Positions 40,215 to 50,211 of a stretch of 64,000 bases of DNA are shown here, piece after piece. The DNA lies in contig CDROCS010000253.1 of the NCBI GenBank assembly GCA_977020255.1, positions 1,612,001 to 1,676,000 on the forward strand, written 5' to 3'. How positions within the stretch are numbered: position 1 is the first letter of the stretch; each line of letters begins with the position of its first letter. A model generated the notes under the pieces. That model was not told the origin of the DNA. It ran no database searches and saw only the letters and a list, made by a program, of their open reading frames with translations. Origin of the DNA: Obrimoposthia wandeli (Eukaryota). Made by a program: the position numbers and the translations under genes.

Positions 40215-40481
40215 TATACCCGCTCCACTTGAAGATGCTCGTTTCAGGAAATCTGAGCTAATCATAATCAAGGCACATTTTTTTGTTAAGGGTTATTCCC
40301 TTAAAAACAAATGTAACGACGAGTATGTTTTGCTCAGTTTTCCCCAAAGGGCTGGTTTATAAACGCTTTATGCTACGTTATTGATTTCGACAAGGGAACA
40401 ACCATTCTCTTCAATCAATGCCTTGCCTAAAGGCGTTTATAATTCCAGCTGAACCCTGCATCTTCAAGAGGAGCGGGTATA
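40215..40481. mobile_element. ERIC-like miniature inverted-repeat element (267 bp) with two nested hairpin modules
   Basis: 24-bp terminal inverted repeats TATACCCGCTCCACTTGAAGATGC / GCATCTTCAAGAGGAGCGGGTATA with one mismatch; no ORF. Confidence 0.8.
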
Positions 40482-40508
40482 AGCCCGAGTAGTTAACTAC
40501 TCGGGCTT
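40481..40508 (-). terminator. Perfect 28-bp palindrome, likely pepA terminator
   Basis: AAGCCCGAGTAGTTAACTACTCGGGCTT. Confidence 0.7.
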
Positions 40509-40539
40509 ATTCTTTGTTATATCTGTTTACTATGACTAC

Positions 40540-42045
40540 TTACTCGCCTTGTTCTTGACCAGCACGATTAAGTAAAAACTGCGTTAGCATGCTTACGGGA
40601 CGACCGGTTGCGCCTTTATTTTTACCACTGCGCCATGCTGTACCAGCAATATCTAAATGCGCCCAATTATATTTTTTGGTGAAACGTGATAAGAAACAAG
40701 CCGCGGTAATCGTGCCCGCTTCTTTGCCACCTAAATTGGTAAAGTCAGCAAAGGGACTTTCAAGTTGATCTTGATAGTCATCCCATAACGGCATACGCCA
40801 TGCTCTGTCACCACTTTGCTCTGAAGCGTTTAATAACTCATGGGCAAGTGGATTATGGCTACTTAATAGGCCTGTTGCATGTGCACCTAAAGCAACAACA
40901 CAGGCACCCGTTAAGGTGGCTACATCAATAACCGCATCAGGATTAAAGCGCTCAACATAAGTAAGCGCGTCACATAAAACTAAGCGGCCTTCAGCATCAG
41001 TATTAAGTACTTCAACCGTTTGGCCAGACATAGTCGTTAAGATATCACCAGGGCGATAAGCATTACTGCTTGGCATGTTTTCACAGCCGGCTAAAACACC
41101 AATAACATTAATGGGTAATTGCAGTTCAGCAAGTGCATGCATAGCACCTAATACACCGGCAGCACCACCCATGTCGTATTTCATTTCATCCATGCCTTGG
41201 CCTGGTTTTAATGAAATGCCACCACTGTCAAAAGTTAAACCTTTACCGACTAATACTAGTGGCTTTGAATCATCAGCTCCGCCGTCATATTTAATGATGC
41301 TCATTAATGATTCATTAACGGAACCACGACCAACTGCTAAGTATGAACCCATACCAAGCTCTTCCATTTCTTTTTCATCTACGATGGTTGTCGTCACATT
41401 ATCATAATCATTTTCAAGAATCTTAGCTTGCTCAGCAAGGTAAGCAGGATTACAAATGTTTGGCGGCATGTTAGCAACATTTTTACAGGTAGTAATACCT
41501 TCAGAAATGGCTAAAGCATGGGTAACGGCACGTTCACCAATAGGTAGCTCACGGCGAGTTGGTACATTAAAGACAACTTTACGTAAAGGACGGCGAGGCT
41601 CAGCTTTGCGGGTTTTTAAGCTGTCAAAGCTGTATAAGCCATCTTGTGCTGATTCAACGGCTTGGCGAACTTTCCAGTAAATATCACGACCTTTAACATG
41701 TAATTCAGATAAGAAGCATACCGCTTCCATAGAACCTGTTTCATTTAAGGTGTTAATTGTTTTGGTAATGATTTGACGATATTGACGTTCATCAAGTTCT
41801 CTTTCTTTACCGCAGCCAACTAATAAAACGCGCTCGCTTAAAATATTAGGCACGTGATGTAATAATAACATCTGCCCTGATTTACCTTCTAAATCGCCTT
41901 TGCGTAAAAGGTTGCTAATGTATCCTCCACTGATTTCATCAAGCTGCTCGGCTGTACCGCTAAGTCTGCGTGGTTCAAAAACACCAACAACAATACAAGC
42001 GCTACGTTGTTTTTCGGGACTGCCGCTTTTTACACTGAACTCCAT
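40540..42045 (-). CDS. pepA: Leucyl aminopeptidase PepA
   Basis: [39 protein letters not shown]. Confidence 0.98.
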   Translation of the reverse strand: MEFSVKSGSPEKQRSACIVVGVFEPRRLSGTAEQLDEISGGYISNLLRKGDLEGKSGQMLLLHHVPNILSERVLLVGCGKERELDERQYRQIITKTINTLNETGSMEAVCFLSELHVKGRDIYWKVRQAVESAQDGLYSFDSLKTRKAEPRRPLRKVVFNVPTRRELPIGERAVTHALAISEGITTCKNVANMPPNICNPAYLAEQAKILENDYDNVTTTIVDEKEMEELGMGSYLAVGRGSVNESLMSIIKYDGGADDSKPLVLVGKGLTFDSGGISLKPGQGMDEMKYDMGGAAGVLGAMHALAELQLPINVIGVLAGCENMPSSNAYRPGDILTTMSGQTVEVLNTDAEGRLVLCDALTYVERFNPDAVIDVATLTGACVVALGAHATGLLSSHNPLAHELLNASEQSGDRAWRMPLWDDYQDQLESPFADFTNLGGKEAGTITAACFLSRFTKKYNWAHLDIAGTAWRSGKNKGATGRPVSMLTQFLLNRAGQEQGE

Positions 42046-42294
42046 GACTTTTCCTTTTACAATTTTATAAGGTATTTAATTAGAATATATAGCAATCTGT
42101 TTGCTATAACTTGCTAAAATAAGTAAAAAATAGCACTCTTGTCTATTCAATTGATATCGCTAAGGGCTATAATTATAGTCGCACTCATCAATAGTAGTTA
42201 GTCACTGACTATATAGTTTACTTATGAAAACGACAAGTTTACTCAATATTTGCCATTATGTCAGAAAAAAACTAAGTTTTTACGGGATCTTTTT

Positions 42295-43461
42295 GTGATC
42301 ATTTTTCGTTATTTATTAAAAGAAGTCGCTAAAACACAATTAGCAGTATTTTTTGTGTTAATGACTATTTTTATCAGTCAAAAATTTGTCCGTGTGCTAG
42401 GTGATGCTTCAGAAGGAAGCATACCAGGGCAATTAGTGATGACTTTTATCGCCTTAAAAATACCAGACCTTGCCGGGTTTATTCTACCGCTTAGCTTATT
42501 TTTAGGTGTTTTGCTTGCCTATGGCCGTATATATGCGGACAGTGAAATGACCGTGCTACACGCCTGTGGTGTTAGTGAGTGGTACGTTGTGCGAGTCACC
42601 TTAGTACTGGCGGTTATTACAGCAATATTTACCGGTATTTTCACTTTATACCTAGCGCCGTTAGCCTCAGAATATCAATATAAGGTTAAAGAAGAGCTTG
42701 CGGCCGATTCTGGCCTAAGCGCTTTAGTTTCTGGACGCTTCCAGCAAACGGGAAATCAAGACGCGGTGGTTTTTATTCATGATAAAGACCGAAAAACCAA
42801 TAGTTTTAATAAGGTATTTGTTGCCCAGTTACCTAAAGGTGACAATGTTGATGCCAGTATTATTAATTCAAGTTTAGTCTACGCAAAAACAGGTAAGGTT
42901 TTTGAAGATGAATCGGGCTCTCAGCAGTTAGTGCTTGGCGATGGTATTCGTTACCACAGAGATATTGAGAGTAAAGAATTCCAATCGGTGGCATTCGACA
43001 AGTATTATATTCAAATTAAAGATCAAGAAGTTGAACATCAACACCGTAAGCTAAGCGCATTAACTACGTTAGAGTTGTATAACAATATGCCTCCAGAGTT
43101 GGAGTCAGCCTACCGTGCCACTATTCAATGGCGAATCGCTTTTCCTTTGATTTGTATTATTATCATTTTTATTGCCGTGCCGTTAAGTGTGGTTAACCCA
43201 AGGCAGGGTAAGTTTGGCAAATTGTTGCCAGCCTTGATGCTGTTTTTAGGGTATTTTTTATTATTAACATCTATGCGTTCTGCGATTGAAAAAAATGCTA
43301 TACCAAGTATTGTTGGATTGTGGCCCATACATATTAGTGCCTTATTTATCGGGGTAATGTTGTTAATGAAAGAACGTAGTAGCGGGCGAATGATTAAAGC
43401 AAAGTTACCAAAATTTAAACGTAAATCGATTAAAAAAACGAATGAAGGAAAAGAAAGTTAA
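42295..43461 (+). CDS. lptF: LPS export ABC permease LptF
   Basis: GTG start giving MIIFRYL; RIYADSEMTVLHACG; VNPRQGKFGKLLPA; divergent from pepA. Confidence 0.93.
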   Translation: MIIFRYLLKEVAKTQLAVFFVLMTIFISQKFVRVLGDASEGSIPGQLVMTFIALKIPDLAGFILPLSLFLGVLLAYGRIYADSEMTVLHACGVSEWYVVRVTLVLAVITAIFTGIFTLYLAPLASEYQYKVKEELAADSGLSALVSGRFQQTGNQDAVVFIHDKDRKTNSFNKVFVAQLPKGDNVDASIINSSLVYAKTGKVFEDESGSQQLVLGDGIRYHRDIESKEFQSVAFDKYYIQIKDQEVEHQHRKLSALTTLELYNNMPPELESAYRATIQWRIAFPLICIIIIFIAVPLSVVNPRQGKFGKLLPALMLFLGYFLLLTSMRSAIEKNAIPSIVGLWPIHISALFIGVMLLMKERSSGRMIKAKLPKFKRKSIKKTNEGKES

Positions 43462-43595
43462 TGCGCATTCTTGATTTGACTATTGGTCGATTTACTCATA
43501 ATAGCGCTTCGACTACCTTTGTGACGTTAGCTATTTTTGTTAGTGCCTGTTTGAGCGGTGTTATTAGATTTATTGAACAAGTTAGGGGCAATTAA
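43461..43595 (+). CDS. 44-aa mini-ORF, diverged copy of the LptG N-terminus/TM1 (could instead be a pseudogene fragment)
   Basis: MRILDLTIGRFTHNSASTTFVTLAIFVSACLSGVIRFIEQVRGN*; ATG overlaps the lptF stop and its TAA overlaps the lptG ATG; first 18 nt identical to lptG. Confidence 0.6.
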   Translation: MRILDLTIGRFTHNSASTTFVTLAIFVSACLSGVIRFIEQVRGN

Positions 43596-44662
43596 TGCGC
43601 ATTCTTGATTTGTATATTGGTCGCGTCATCGCATCGACTACCTTTGTTACTTTGGCTGTGTTTGTTAGTATCAGTGGCATTATTAAATTTGTTGAACAAA
43701 TGCGTGCTATAGGACGAGGCAACTATGATCTTGCCCATGCTGCATTATATGTACTTTACGCGGTGCCACGTGATGTAGAGGTTTTCTTTCCTATGTCTGC
43801 ACTGATTGGCGGTTTAATTGGTATCGGCATGTTAGCGAGTAATAGTGAACTCATTGTGATGCAAGCCGCAGGTTTATCGCGCTTAGATATTATTAAGTCG
43901 GTGATGAAAACGGCGGTTTTATTGATTATTGTCAGTATGGCGGTTGGTGAATGGTTGGCGCCTAGCGGCGAAGCGAAAGCGCGTGAAATTCGTGCGCAAG
44001 CGATTTCGGGCGGTAGTTTAATTTCATCTAAGAATGGTGTCTGGGCTAAAGATGGAGATTATTTTGTTAATATTGGTGAGGTGTTGGATAAAGGCCAGTT
44101 GAAGAAAATACAAATTTATGGCTTTAACGACCAGTTGAAAATAGATAGTTGGCTTTCTGCAAAAAGTGCAATTTATCAAGACAAAAGTTGGTTACTCACC
44201 GATGTTGAGGAGTTTTTATTAACTGATGACGAAATAATCACTAAAAATCATGAGAATAAAGTTTGGAGTTCATCACTAACACCGAAAAAACTTGGCGTAG
44301 TAACCGTTACTCCCGAGTCACTTTCTCTGCGTGGATTGATTGATTACTTAGATTATTTAGAAGCCAATGAACAAGACCCTAGTCGTTATGAATTAGCTTT
44401 TTGGCGAAAAATCATGCAACCATTAACAGTGGCTGTGATGCTATTAGTTGCCTTATCGTTTATTTTTGGCCCCTTACGTTCAGTTTCTATGGGGGCTCGT
44501 ATTATGATGGGAGTATTTACAGGGATTTTATTTTTCATCTCCAACGAAGTGTTGGGCTCATTAAGCCTGGTTTATCAGCTACCTCCGGTACTCGGCGCAA
44601 TGATGCCAAGTCTGGTTTTTGTAAGTGTCGCTTGGTACATCATTGGCAAGAAAGGTGCGTAG
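43595..44662 (+). CDS. lptG: LPS export ABC permease LptG
   Basis: MRILDLYIGR, LASNSELIVMQAAG, FIFGPLRSVSMGAR. Confidence 0.95.
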   Translation: MRILDLYIGRVIASTTFVTLAVFVSISGIIKFVEQMRAIGRGNYDLAHAALYVLYAVPRDVEVFFPMSALIGGLIGIGMLASNSELIVMQAAGLSRLDIIKSVMKTAVLLIIVSMAVGEWLAPSGEAKAREIRAQAISGGSLISSKNGVWAKDGDYFVNIGEVLDKGQLKKIQIYGFNDQLKIDSWLSAKSAIYQDKSWLLTDVEEFLLTDDEIITKNHENKVWSSSLTPKKLGVVTVTPESLSLRGLIDYLDYLEANEQDPSRYELAFWRKIMQPLTVAVMLLVALSFIFGPLRSVSMGARIMMGVFTGILFFISNEVLGSLSLVYQLPPVLGAMMPSLVFVSVAWYIIGKKGA

Positions 44663-44719
44663 CAGTTTAGTCTCTGTCAATGAGGCAATGTAACTATATC
44701 CAACTAAATATATCCAAAT

Positions 44720-44752
44720 AAAAACGCTATCGATGAAATGAATAGCGTTTTT
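44720..44752. terminator. Bidirectional terminator (lptG / RDD gene)
   Basis: AAAAACGCTAT-N11-ATAGCGTTTTT. Confidence 0.7.
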
Positions 44753-44811
44753 AAAGTGGTTATTTAAATTGCCACTGAAATATTACACTTTCAAGAGTAA
44801 TGGGTATGGAC

Positions 44812-45324
44812 CTATAAACGGCCTCTATTGGCTTCTAGTGAAAGCACCACTACTTCAGTATTTGTTAGTCTGTCTTGTAGACTTAATTTGTTTTTTCTAT
44901 CGATAAGTACAAGTAGACTGCCCAAACCGAGTAAAGTGGGCACTAAGCGTTTAATGGCTGACGTTTTACTTATTAGAGAACCATCAATGTTTTGTACACG
45001 TAATCGCCACGCTCTCATACCCAATGTTTGGCCTTTTTTAGCCCAAAAATAAACGAAGAATATACAAACCCAGGCAACGCACCAGCTATTAAAAGCAACT
45101 TTGTAAGCAATATGCGAAGCATTCCAATCAATACCAAAACCACTGCGTGTGATCGCTATTAACCCTGCTGCATCTAAGGCGACAAAAAGCGCCACACAGA
45201 CATAACCCGAGAGCATAAAAATAGCGATAACAATAAGTAGATCATAAATCCATGAGCCAAAGCGACGTCTCAAACCAGCGCGAGGGAAACTGCTAGAGGT
45301 ATTGTTAGGGGTAGTATCAGTCAT
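44812..45324 (-). CDS. RDD family membrane protein
   Basis: RRRFGSWIYD, GQTLGMRAWRLRV, LQDRLTNT. Confidence 0.9.
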   Translation of the reverse strand: MTDTTPNNTSSSFPRAGLRRRFGSWIYDLLIVIAIFMLSGYVCVALFVALDAAGLIAITRSGFGIDWNASHIAYKVAFNSWCVAWVCIFFVYFWAKKGQTLGMRAWRLRVQNIDGSLISKTSAIKRLVPTLLGLGSLLVLIDRKNKLSLQDRLTNTEVVVLSLEANRGRL

Positions 45325-45472
45325 TTAATCTTCTTTATATTGAGTCTTTACACGTAAGAATGGCGTAAAATAATTGCAGCAGTTTAACAAAGTTTATCTT
45401 AATTGAGTATCCCTGTTAGTTGACGTAAAACAATGGATACAAATTGGATTGATGTTTTGCACGACAACACGT

Positions 45473-45513
45473 AAAAAAAGCCAATTTCCTAGTCATATAA
45501 AATTGGCTTTTTT
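45473..45513 (-). terminator. Terminator after the RND permease
   Basis: AAAAAAAGCCAATTT...AAATTGGCTTTTTT. Confidence 0.75.
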
Positions 45514-45560
45514 ATCAATACTGTCGAGAAAACTCGGTACTTTAAATAATTAAATAGTAG

Positions 45561-48500
45561 TTAGGCTAACTTAGCTTGGACTGAGCTGTTACGAGTATCA
45601 GTAATTTTATAAAAACCACAGTACAATGCTGGTACCACCGCTAAGGTTAAAATAGTGCCAATACCTAGACCAAAAGCAATAACGTTTGCCATACCGTAAA
45701 ACAGTGGATCCTTACCAATAATCAAGGGTAATAAGCCCATTACTGTGGTGATGGTGGTCATTGCTATCGGACGTAACCGCGTTAAGCACGCATCAACCAC
45801 CGCTTGATAGTCAGATTTACCTGACGCGGTTTCAATTTTAATTCTATCAATCAAGACAATGGCGTTATTAATTATAATGCCCGCTAAGCTATATAGCCCT
45901 AGGGTTACCATAAAACCAAAGGGAGCCTGCATCAAAAACAGCCCTAATACAGCACCGATAAAAGATAGTGGGATAGTTAAGGTGATCACCGCAGCTTGTC
46001 TAAAAGAATTAAATTGTGCCACCAGCAATATTAAGATCAAACCTAATACTATTGGCATACTGGCACCTAACGCTTTTTGAGCGGCACGAGACTCCTTAAT
46101 TACGCCATCATATTCAATACTATGATTCAACGGTAAATCAGCGGCTAAGGCTTGAATTTTTCCATCAATAATGTTCTTAAGATCTTCAGCTGCTACATCA
46201 GAATTCCTCGCTTGAATGCTAATAGTACGGAATAAATCTTCATGGTGAATAATCGAAAATTGATTGTACGGCGCTAAGTTGGCAACTTGAAACAAAGGCA
46301 CGGTTTGACCCGTTTTATTTGAATAAATATTGAGTGTTCTAAGCCTATCTAAGCTTTGACGCTCTGCTTGCTCTGCTCGTAGTACAACAGGGATAACATT
46401 ATCACCTTCTCGAAATTCAGTAATTTTCGAACCAGAAAAATAGGCCTCTAGTGCCTGCGCTATTTCTTCAGAAGTAAGACCTGAACGTTTGGCTCTGTGT
46501 TGGTCTATTTGTACGTCAATTTTAGTGATCAAGTTTTCCCAATCGGTACGTATATCAATGGTATTGGGCACATCGTGTAATACGGCCATGATCTGTTGGG
46601 CTTTTTTATAAATAACTTCTTTGTCTGGCCCTTTTACTTGAATTTTAATGGTACTTGAATCTGAAGGGCCTAAAAACATCTTTTTAACACGAGCTGATAC
46701 GTTGGGGAAATCATGCTCTATTTGCTCATCAAGTTTTAATACTGTTGCGCTGATATCAGTATCTTCTTTAACGTTTAATACCATGAAGCCTTTATTTTGT
46801 GCTGGGTCTTCAGGATTAAGCGACATGACAAATCTTGGGCCACTAAAGCCAACATAAGCGGAATAACTGTCAATAAAATTAAAGCGGCTATCATCTTCTA
46901 ACCAAGTGAAAATATCTTTCATCTGACGATTGGTTTCTGTGGCCGAAGTGCCATTTGGTAAATCGATATTGACCAGTATTTGCGTACGGTCAGAATCAGG
47001 AAAAAATTGTTTGGCAACATACTTCATTGATATTATTGAGCCAATGAATAGCGCTAACATCGCGGTCATAAAGAGAGTTTTATGTTTGAGTAACCAATGT
47101 AAAAAACTTTCATAGTAGCGGTAAAACTTAGCGGGCTTTTCACTAGTAGACTTTTTATTGTCAGATCCCTTGCCTTTAGCTTCTTTATTTTCAGGTAAGA
47201 CAATAAAGAAGTAACACAGTAGCGGGGTAACGCATAAAGCCAATATCCAACTGGTGAGTAAGGTAATCAGAATAACCAGTGAGATAGAGCGGGTATATTC
47301 TCCAGCAACATGTTCAGCCAACATAAGTGGTAAGAAAAACAAAACCGTCGTTACTGATGAACTCAGTAAAGGAACTGCTAACTCTTTGCTGCCTTGCAAC
47401 ATGGCGTTATAACGATCCACGCCATCTTCTAAACGACGCTTGAAGTCTTCAGCGATAACAATGCCATTGTCAACTAATAAACCGAGTGAAATAATAAGCG
47501 TAGCTAAGCTCATTCGCTCAAGTTTCATGTCACTAAATTGCATTATGCTTAACGTGGTTAGCATAACAAAAGGCACAATAGCACCAACAATCAGACCAGT
47601 ACGTAAACCTAAAAATAAAATGACAACCACGAGTACTATCGCTAGGGTTTGTAGCACATTAACAGAAACACCATTAATGGTTTTTGCCACTTGGTCAGCC
47701 TGATAAGTCGCTATTTCAAGGTTGTAACCAATAGGTAAACTTGATTCAATTTCATGGATTTTGTTTAATACTCGCGGGGCGTATTCTAAAAGATTGTTTT
47801 CTGGCAACATCGAAATAGCAAAAAATATCGCTGATTGACCATTTAAGTAGGCAGTTTTATCGGGTGGGTCGATAAAGTCACGGCGTAAAGTCACGACATC
47901 TTTTAGTGCGATAAAATCTTCAGTATTAGGAATGCTGATGTAGGTATCACCAATATCAGTCAAGCTATTGAAATTACCTGAGGGTTCAACAATAAAACTG
48001 ATTGCTCCAGTGTTAACTTCGCCGCCAGAGCGGACAATGTTTTGCTTTTGTAATTCATTGATAAGTGATTGGGGTGAAATACCTAACTGAGCAAGTTTTG
48101 CATTTGATGCTTCTAAAAATATACGTTCTTCTTGGCGGCCTAATATTTCAATTTTTTTAGTGCCCTCAACGCCATATAAGGTATCGCGAATATGTTGAGC
48201 AATATCATACATCTCACCCAAATCAAAACCATCAGCGGTTAGCGCTAGCGTAACAACGGAGACATCACCAAACTCATCGTTAACAAAAGGAGCATATGTA
48301 CCAGAGGGCATTTTATTATGCGCAGCGGCTACTTTATTACGTAGGTTTTGCCAAATATCATCAAGGTTAAAGTAACGGTCGTAAATTTTAACGTGAATAA
48401 TAGATATACCGGTGGCGGAGCTAGATTTTATCTCTTTTACTTGTGGTATCTTGCGTATTTCCTCTTCTAATTTTTTAGTGATTAACTGTTCTATTCTATC

Positions 48501-48686
48501 GGGTGCCATACCTGGGAAAGAGGTACTAACAATGGCTTCACGAATGGTAATGCTTGGATCTTCTTGGGCTGGTAAAGTGAAGTAGGCAAAAATGCCATTA
48601 ACAAGTAATACAGCAATAATAAAAAATACGCTTTTTCGATAAGTAAAAGCCAGTTGGGTAATGTTCATCAATTTTCCTAATACCAA
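45561..48686 (-). CDS. RND efflux permease (AcrB/AcrD/AcrF family); start may be ATG at 48668
   Basis: GLLVDNGIVIAE, GIIINNAIVLID, RLRPIAMTT; about 1040 aa. Confidence 0.93.
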   Translation of the reverse strand: MVLGKLMNITQLAFTYRKSVFFIIAVLLVNGIFAYFTLPAQEDPSITIREAIVSTSFPGMAPDRIEQLITKKLEEEIRKIPQVKEIKSSSATGISIIHVKIYDRYFNLDDIWQNLRNKVAAAHNKMPSGTYAPFVNDEFGDVSVVTLALTADGFDLGEMYDIAQHIRDTLYGVEGTKKIEILGRQEERIFLEASNAKLAQLGISPQSLINELQKQNIVRSGGEVNTGAISFIVEPSGNFNSLTDIGDTYISIPNTEDFIALKDVVTLRRDFIDPPDKTAYLNGQSAIFFAISMLPENNLLEYAPRVLNKIHEIESSLPIGYNLEIATYQADQVAKTINGVSVNVLQTLAIVLVVVILFLGLRTGLIVGAIVPFVMLTTLSIMQFSDMKLERMSLATLIISLGLLVDNGIVIAEDFKRRLEDGVDRYNAMLQGSKELAVPLLSSSVTTVLFFLPLMLAEHVAGEYTRSISLVILITLLTSWILALCVTPLLCYFFIVLPENKEAKGKGSDNKKSTSEKPAKFYRYYESFLHWLLKHKTLFMTAMLALFIGSIISMKYVAKQFFPDSDRTQILVNIDLPNGTSATETNRQMKDIFTWLEDDSRFNFIDSYSAYVGFSGPRFVMSLNPEDPAQNKGFMVLNVKEDTDISATVLKLDEQIEHDFPNVSARVKKMFLGPSDSSTIKIQVKGPDKEVIYKKAQQIMAVLHDVPNTIDIRTDWENLITKIDVQIDQHRAKRSGLTSEEIAQALEAYFSGSKITEFREGDNVIPVVLRAEQAERQSLDRLRTLNIYSNKTGQTVPLFQVANLAPYNQFSIIHHEDLFRTISIQARNSDVAAEDLKNIIDGKIQALAADLPLNHSIEYDGVIKESRAAQKALGASMPIVLGLILILLVAQFNSFRQAAVITLTIPLSFIGAVLGLFLMQAPFGFMVTLGLYSLAGIIINNAIVLIDRIKIETASGKSDYQAVVDACLTRLRPIAMTTITTVMGLLPLIIGKDPLFYGMANVIAFGLGIGTILTLAVVPALYCGFYKITDTRNSSVQAKLA

Positions 48687-48816
48687 TTCTATTAAATTTA
48701 TTCCCAGCTCAGAGTTATTATTAGCGAGCTTAGAACAAGTGAAATTGATTAAACATAGTTATTCTATATTTCACCAATTTTGTGATGTTATCAGTTTGCT
48801 AATAAGCTCCTGAAGG

Positions 48817-48914
48817 GCGAGTTTAAAAGGCTTATATGCTGCGTTATTAATTTTGATAAGGGAATAGCCATTCTCTTCAATCAAAGCCTTGCCTCTAAGC
48901 CTTTTAATTCTCGC
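48817..48914. repeat. Stand-alone copy of the hairpin module found inside the 40215-40481 element
   Basis: Arms GCGAGTTTAAAAGGCTTA / TAAGCCTTTTAATTCTCGC around the core AAGGGAATAGCCATTCTCTTCAATCAAAGCCTTGCCT. Confidence 0.75.
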
Positions 48915-48948
48915 TGAGCGGGAAATAACTTAATAGACTTGGTATCAC

Positions 48949-50049
48949 TTAGTTAAAAAGCTGAATGTTGTTATCTATCAAGCTGACTTGTTGGCCATCA
49001 CGCAAAAAGGCAACACCGGCGGTAGCAATAATATCACCCTGTTTTAAGCCAGATGAAATGAACACTTCATTTTTTAAAATATTTTCTGTTTGTACTTGGG
49101 TTTTAATCACTTGTTGGCTGTCAGGGTTATAAACAAAAACATAGGCCTTTTGTGCTAATCCTGCACTTAACGCGGTTGCAGGGATACGAAAAACATCACC
49201 TTTATGACCCGTTCTGCCAGTGCCGGCAAAAGAAAATTCGACCTCTGCCGTCATACCTGCACGTAGTAAGGGGTTATCACCTTGTAGCACCGCGGTGACG
49301 GGGAAGGCATTAGCAAATTCAGCACGAGTACCAATTTCGGTAATTTGACCCTGCATGGTTAATGCAGGTAATACCGGGAAATTAATAGGAAGAATAGCGT
49401 GTTGTTTTAATTCACGAATCAGCGTTTCTGGTACCATGACATGCACTTCAAGGCCATGTTTACCTTCAATTTCAAAGAGTGATTGTCCCGCGGATATTTG
49501 CTGAGAAGGCTCAAATAAACGTTTGGTAATAATGCCATCATAGGGTGCTAATAAAATACTGTCTTGCAAATTCTTACTGGCAATATCCAATTGTGCTTGG
49601 GCAACATCGGCAGCACTTTTACTGGCATCATAAGTCGCCTTGGTATTATCAAAGCCCGATTGTGACACTACGCCCTGCTTAAGTAATTGCTCGTAACGTT
49701 TATAGCTATTTCGGGCATCCACTAATGTTGCTTTGGCTTGTTGGTAGTGCGCTTGGGCAGACTGAAGTCCCAAGTTGAAGTTACGTTGTTTTAAGCGCGC
49801 TAACTCTTGCCCTTTAACAACTTCATTACCTAGGTTTACCTCAATGCTTTGAATTTTCCCTTGCACTTCAAAGCTCAGTTTTGTTGCTTCAACGGGAGCA
49901 ACAATACCAGACAGTGTGCGAATTTGTTCAAATGGAGATATTGCTACTTTGGTCCATATTATCGGACGAATGGATTTAGTAATTTCTTTAGCTGGTTCAT
50001 TACAGCCAACGAGTAACAGGGTAATAAATAAAAATGAGAGTGCGCGCAT
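48949..50049 (-). CDS. RND membrane fusion (periplasmic adaptor) lipoprotein
   Basis: Lipobox LVGC; LSFEVQGKI, alpha-hairpin, LLAPYDGII, LRAGMTAEV. Confidence 0.92.
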   Translation of the reverse strand: MRALSFLFITLLLVGCNEPAKEITKSIRPIIWTKVAISPFEQIRTLSGIVAPVEATKLSFEVQGKIQSIEVNLGNEVVKGQELARLKQRNFNLGLQSAQAHYQQAKATLVDARNSYKRYEQLLKQGVVSQSGFDNTKATYDASKSAADVAQAQLDIASKNLQDSILLAPYDGIITKRLFEPSQQISAGQSLFEIEGKHGLEVHVMVPETLIRELKQHAILPINFPVLPALTMQGQITEIGTRAEFANAFPVTAVLQGDNPLLRAGMTAEVEFSFAGTGRTGHKGDVFRIPATALSAGLAQKAYVFVYNPDSQQVIKTQVQTENILKNEVFISSGLKQGDIIATAGVAFLRDGQQVSLIDNNIQLFN

Positions 50050-50134
50050 ACGTGTTCCTTCAGGTTCTTTTGACTAGGCAAAAGTGCAGGGATGTCTCTG
50101 TGAGTAAAGTTAATTTTTGCTGATCTGTACAATT

Positions 50135-50178
50135 GGTACTAGTCAGTACCGTATATTTTGGTACTATGTAGTACCAAA
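50135..50178. promoter_or_regulatory. Two palindromic operators GGTACT-N4-AGTACC, probable TetR-family binding sites
   Basis: GGTACTAGTCAGTACC (50135-50150) and TTTGGTACTATGTAGTACCAAA (50157-50178) between the divergent adaptor and TetR genes. Confidence 0.75.
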
Positions 50179-50211
50179 GTCAACAATATAGTTACAATTA
50201 CGGACAATAGC

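Noticed and set aside
43461-43595. Assembly duplication as the explanation for the repeated lptG start
   Set aside because: The copies differ by many substitutions and two indels, which a mis-join would not produce
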